NCBI GenBank assembly: GCA_020891255.1
Contig: BQFW01000013.1
Span: 682,001-746,000, forward strand
Direction of reading: 5' to 3'
DNA: 64,000 nucleotides
Source: Entomortierella parvispora E1425
Taxonomy: Eukaryota; Fungi; Mortierellomycota
Below are positions 58,947 to 64,000 of the stretch, piece by piece. The position numbers and the translations under genes are program-made. The notes under the pieces are model-generated. The model was not told the origin of the DNA. It saw only the letters and a program-made list of their open reading frames with translations, and searched no databases. Position 1 is the first letter of the stretch. Every line of letters starts with the position of its first letter.

Positions 58947-61900
58947 ATGTCCTTTGGAGGTTATAACCCAGCTGGGTCCTCCGATCTCCCCTTCTCAAGC
59001 CCGGGTGGATCAGGGATGAGATCCCGAGCCAGCAGTGTTAGTTCAGTTCATTCCACTCACAGCACCTCTTCTGCTGCAGGTGCTCCTCCTCCTCCTCCTC
59101 CTCCGACAAACCAACAACAACAGCAGCAGTCTCCATACCAGAGTCCTTACAACTCTCGACCCGGAACTCCTCTTGGCAAGGGTGGCGATGGATACTTTGG
59201 CGCTAATGGTGCATCTGGCTACGGCGCCGCAGGATACGATGTTGGATATGCCTCTGGATCATCCTCTCCAGCCTCTGTCGGACCCTATCACAGTCCAACG
59301 CCCCCAGCCCCGAACCAGCAGCGTCAAAGTCATTATGGGTATGGTGCCGGTAAACAGACAGCTAGCAGTGGATACGACTCTCCCGCGGGCGTCTCGAGCT
59401 CGGTTCCATCGTTCTATGGCGCTGACCTTCAACAGCAACATCAGCGCCACTCAAGGAGTCATAGCAACGCCTCGGAAACTTCACTCAATATTGATACAGG
59501 TGGATTAGGAGGATTGAACGACGGGACGTTTTCTCCAGGATTGGGATCGGGCCATTCGAGTGCTTCATCCTCCAGAAGAGGCAGCGTCTCGTCCGAGAGT
59601 GGCTCCATTGGATCCTTTTTCGGCCGAAAGATCGGAAAGACTTTCCGCCCACCTGGTCCTGAACCTCATCAGGCTCCAGAGGATTATTATGGATCTGAGA
59701 ATGATGACGGCAGTGACAGTAACCTGGATCTGGATCTAGACCATGATATGTCGGACCCTGAGACTCGAAAGAAGGCCTTGATCATGAGGACACGTATGGC
59801 AAAGTCTTCGTCGATCAAAGGGTTCCGAGGTGGTCGTGGTGGAGGCAGGATGAGAGATCTGTTCAACGATTGGGATCTTTTGCTGCCAAATACAAAGGCG
59901 GATCCATACGAGGAGGAGGATGACGACGGACTGAACGAAGATGAGAAATGGAAGAAGCGCCAGATGGTGAAGAGGGGGTGGGAAAGCCCCAGAGGACAGA
60001 TTATCTTGTTGACTCTCTTGACCCTTCTGGCGGTCTTTGTCCGGATCTGGAAACTGGCCATTCCTTCTGCGGTCGTGTAGGTGTCTTTCTAAGAGGAATT
60101 TGTATTCCCCCGACTCTCTTCATCAAATGTGCCCCCATCCCCCCTTGTTTTTGGTTATTCTGATCCGAGAAGAAAAGGGGGGTGCGGCAAGGAAAGAGGA
60201 AAAAAAATAAGGAGCGCGGGAACTTTTGCAAAGAGAACAAAAACCACAAAGGAGTGCTAACCGTAGGAGACTATGTGTATGTTGTTTAGATTCGACGAGC
60301 AACACTTTGGAGGGTTTGCAGCTGACTACATTAGAGGCGAGTTCTTCATGGATCTGCATCCACCTTTGGGCAAGATGCTCTTTGCCGCTGTAGCCTCTAT
60401 GCTTCGGTTCAATGGCAACTTTCATTTCGCTCCAGGATCGTAAGCTCTCTGTTTGTTGGTTCTGTGACACCACCCATGCAACCTTCGAAATCTGATGGCT
60501 GGATCTTTTTGATTCTGTAGCTTGTATCCAAAGACTGTCCCCTTTATTGGCATGCGGCTGTTCGCTGTCGCCTGTGGCGCAGGTCTCATTCCTGTGGCGT
60601 ACATGACCATTCGCAGATCGGGTCATTCAACTCAGGCCGCCTTCACTGCTGCTATCCTCATCACCTTTGGTAAGTTTTTCAAAAAGGGCTCAGTCAATTG
60701 GAAATTGCAAAATAAGCAACCGCCCTCCTTCTGATCCCACGGTTTCTTTTTGTAGAAAATGCAATGATCACACAAAGCCGATTCATTCTTCTGGACGCCC
60801 CCATGATGCTCTTCATGGGCTATACTCTCCTAACCTGGATCAACTTTTATAACCACCGCAACCGCCCTTTTACCCGCGGATGGTGGATTTGGTTGGTCCA
60901 GACTGGATTTGGGCTGTTCTTGTCAAGCAGGTAAAAAAAAAGAAATGGGCGCAGGGGGATAATCAAAGACAGCACAGCATAACAGCATATACCTTGGCAA
61001 AAATGCCTCGAATGGTTTCTTACTGCAGGCCCCAATGTCTATTCTCTGCTCTTAGTGTCAAGTGGGTTGGACTCTTTACGATCGCCACCATTGGTGTCTG
61101 TGTGATCAAGTATTTGCAGGAGGCCAGGACGCACCTTTACATCAGCACTGTAAGTTCGTCGAGTGACCTCTGGGAGATATATAGAAACACACGTTCAGTG
61201 GCTCATCGCACCTTCTTTTGTTCAACAACTAGCGTGAATTCTCAAAGCAGTTCATTGCATTGTTCTTTTGCCTTTTGTTGATGCCGGTGGTTCTCTATCT
61301 GGGCCTGCACGCTGTGGACTTTGCGATATTGTCCAAGTCAGGATCAGGCAATGCATGGGTCAGCCCACAGTTCCAGATGACTTTGAAGGGGCATGATGTT
61401 GTGCCAGTTATGGCAGGTAAAGTGCGACGTTTCACTTACTCAAGCTTGGGTTTGCAGCCTCAGCCTTTGATCCATCGACGCTGACTCTATTGTGTGGTCC
61501 CATCTTATAGATATTGCCTGGGATTCAAAAGTCCGTATCCGACACGCAAACACCAATGGTGGATGGATTCACTCTATGCCTGGAGAGACAACAAGAGAGT
61601 CAGCCAAAGGTGAGCGCCCGCCCAGATGGATACCCAGAAGAACCTACGGCGAAAAAAAAGGGCGTAATGAAAAATCTCTCGGACTTAACCAATTGCCCCT
61701 CTTTCATTCTATGAATTCATTTCCAGACCAAGCGATCCAGTTAGTGGAATGGGACGACGAATTGACCTGTTGGCACATTTACCCTGCAGACCCTTCGCTG
61801 AAAGAGCAGCATGCTCAGCACAAGTTTGAGCGCAAGTATGACCCCTCAATTCAATTTCAAGGTTATATCTATGACGGGGATGAAATTCGATTACGCCACT

Positions 61901-63880
61901 GCTACACCAAAGTCGCGCTCGCGACCAACGATATCGAATCGGTTGGCTCGAACAAGACGTTTCTGAAAGAGGTCCGAGGCATCAAGTGGTCCAAAAAACC
62001 GACCAAGGAGACCGTTTGGAGATTGGAGCTAGTCCCTGAAGGATCCGTGCCAGGACTAGCAGATTATCATGGCTTGGAAGGGAAAAGTTTTTCCGCTGCT
62101 AAGGGCGGCTCATCACCAAAGGTTATTGAGCGCGAGATGAGAGACCCTGTCGTCAATTCGAAGGATGAAAAGTCAGGAGCGACCCTTCCAGCCAGAGATG
62201 AAAACAAGCAATGGCATTCTATCAAGGGCTTTAGACTCTATAACGAGAAGCAAAAGTGCTATCTTCAGTCCTCCAAGGTTTTCAGGGCACCTTATTCCAC
62301 GTATCAAGAAGTTGGATGTATTCAAGGCGGGCGACAGAAGGCCAACACCATTTTTATTGTGGATGAGAACATTAACCCTCATCGTAAGTGGAGGACCTGT
62401 TTTGTCGGAGGAGGGACAGACTTTTGCATCGACCTAACTCATCCTTTTCTCTTTCTTGACCACAGTTCCAAAGAGGGCGACGTCGCTCTCGTACCGACCA
62501 TTGACATTCTTCCAAAAGTTCAAGGAGCTGAATCGCGTCATGTGGTGGACCCATCACGACCTTAGTGCGCCTGTCCATGGAGACGAGCAGACCCGTCGTC
62601 CCTCGGATGAATCTCACCCCTGGACCTGGCCTCTCATGCGCCGTGGAATGAATTACTACGCCAGCAAGGAGACCAATCACTATGTACACTTCATCGGTAA
62701 TCCTCTTCTCTGGTGGGCCGCCACCGGAGCCGTAGCTTTCTACGTCGCCAGCTGTCTTCTGAGTGTCTACCAGTTCCTCCGGTCCAAGAATATCACAGCC
62801 ACCTCGTCCGCAATGGGTCGTCATCGTGGCAAGCAGGCAGAGCGGGATCGGTTTGGGGTCACGCCGTTTTACGCGGTCGCCTCTGGAACATTCTTTGCGG
62901 GCTGGGCGATTCATTACCTACCTTTCTTCTTCATGTCGCGTCAAGTGTTTTTGCATCATTACCTGCCGGCACTGTACTTTTCCATCCTGCTCTTGGTCTC
63001 GCGTCTGGATCGTCTCTGGTCAAGTTGGCCTGCACTCTCTAATAATGGAGGCGGCAGCAGCAGCGGTGGTAGCACTCTGATTGTCACCAGTGGTCGCATG
63101 CGATTCTTGGTAGGCGTAGGCCTCATGGCTGCTATGATCATGTCCTGGTGGATGTTCTCACCCCTGTCTTATGGAACGGATTTCGCGACCAAGGCTCAAT
63201 GCCAGCGACTTCAGGCCCTCGGTGGCTGGAATTTTATCTGTCAACGGCAAGATCTGCCCTGGGCTAGACCTGATGCTGCAGCGGCAGCGGCAGCGGCCGA
63301 AGCAGAAGCGGCAAGGAAGCGGGAGGAAGATGAGGAAGATGATGACGAGAGTCATTTCTACTACAATGACGCGGATGATCATAACAGTGTTGAGGGCTCT
63401 ATCGATGACAGTCATCACGGTGCGCAACAGCAGTCAGCGCAAGAAGACAGGCGTCCTGATGAGCATGCCCAACAGCAGGGACAGGGCGATGGAAAAATCT
63501 TCACCAATACTGATCCTCTCAACGAAATGACAGCCAACGCAGACTCGAGAACTCAGGAAGCTTTGGAGAAGCAACAACTCAAGGCCGAGAAGGAGGCCCT
63601 GGAAGAAAAGCAGAGGCAATTGGAGGCGCGATTAGCGGCCCAAGAGCAAGAACTGGAGCAACAGCGGTTGCTGCAAAAGCAGCGTGAGCTTGAACAGCAG
63701 TTGCTTCAACAACAACAAGAACAGGCGCGACAGCAAGAACAACAGCGGCAGCAACAGCAACAGGTCCCATCAGAGCCTACACGCGAGATGCTGGAGGAGC
63801 AGGTGCGGATACTCCAGGCACAATTGGAAAGCAACCGGTTAAAGCAACTCAACCAGCATCAACAGCAGAATCAGGGTTAG
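58947..63880 (+). CDS. PMT1: Dolichyl-phosphate-mannose:protein O-mannosyltransferase, PMT1-like, with long N- and C-terminal extensions (multi-exon)
   Basis: Motifs VVFDEQHFGGFA..YI, MDLHPPLGKML, ENAMITQSRFILLD, SVKWVGLFT, MIR-type loop region, HPWTWPLMRRG, GNPLLWW and FLHHYLPALYF. Subfamily call rests on the GGFA and KWVGLF motifs. Confidence 0.92.
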
Positions 63881-64000
63881 GTCTTTTCTGTGATATGAGA
63901 TTATCTCCAGATATCAAAAGATGAAATAAACAACAAACGTCCGCACACTTGACGATGTTCACCTCATTTCTTTTCTCCTTCAAGGCAGGGATTGTTCAAG

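Overview
Intron-rich fungal genomic DNA (~50% GC, GT-AG introns). The gene families and intron style suggest Mortierellaceae/Mucoromycota (inference). I can support about 25 protein-coding genes. Housekeeping genes include RPL37, guanine deaminase, VPS72, pyruvate kinase, succinyl-CoA ligase beta, VMA13, a PMT1-like mannosyltransferase and a CCDC90/DUF1640 protein. There are also a Zn2Cys6 factor, a GH18 chitinase, an orphan 7TM protein, an RPEL-repeat protein, a Spt23/Mga2-like factor and several secreted or orphan proteins. Three identical tRNA-Leu(AAG) genes are present, two of them inside a 317-bp near-perfect inverted repeat. The standout is a five-exon gene at 34652-39782 whose spliced ORF is intact (1598 aa). 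It joins an N-terminal XPG/FEN1-like (PIN-fold) nuclease domain to a C-terminal Fanzor1/TnpB-type RuvC nuclease with an intact rearranged D-E-D triad and zinc finger. No transposase gene is adjacent, and candidate element ends and a candidate omega-RNA region flank it. All calls come from manual reading and motif recognition. No searches or folding programs were run.
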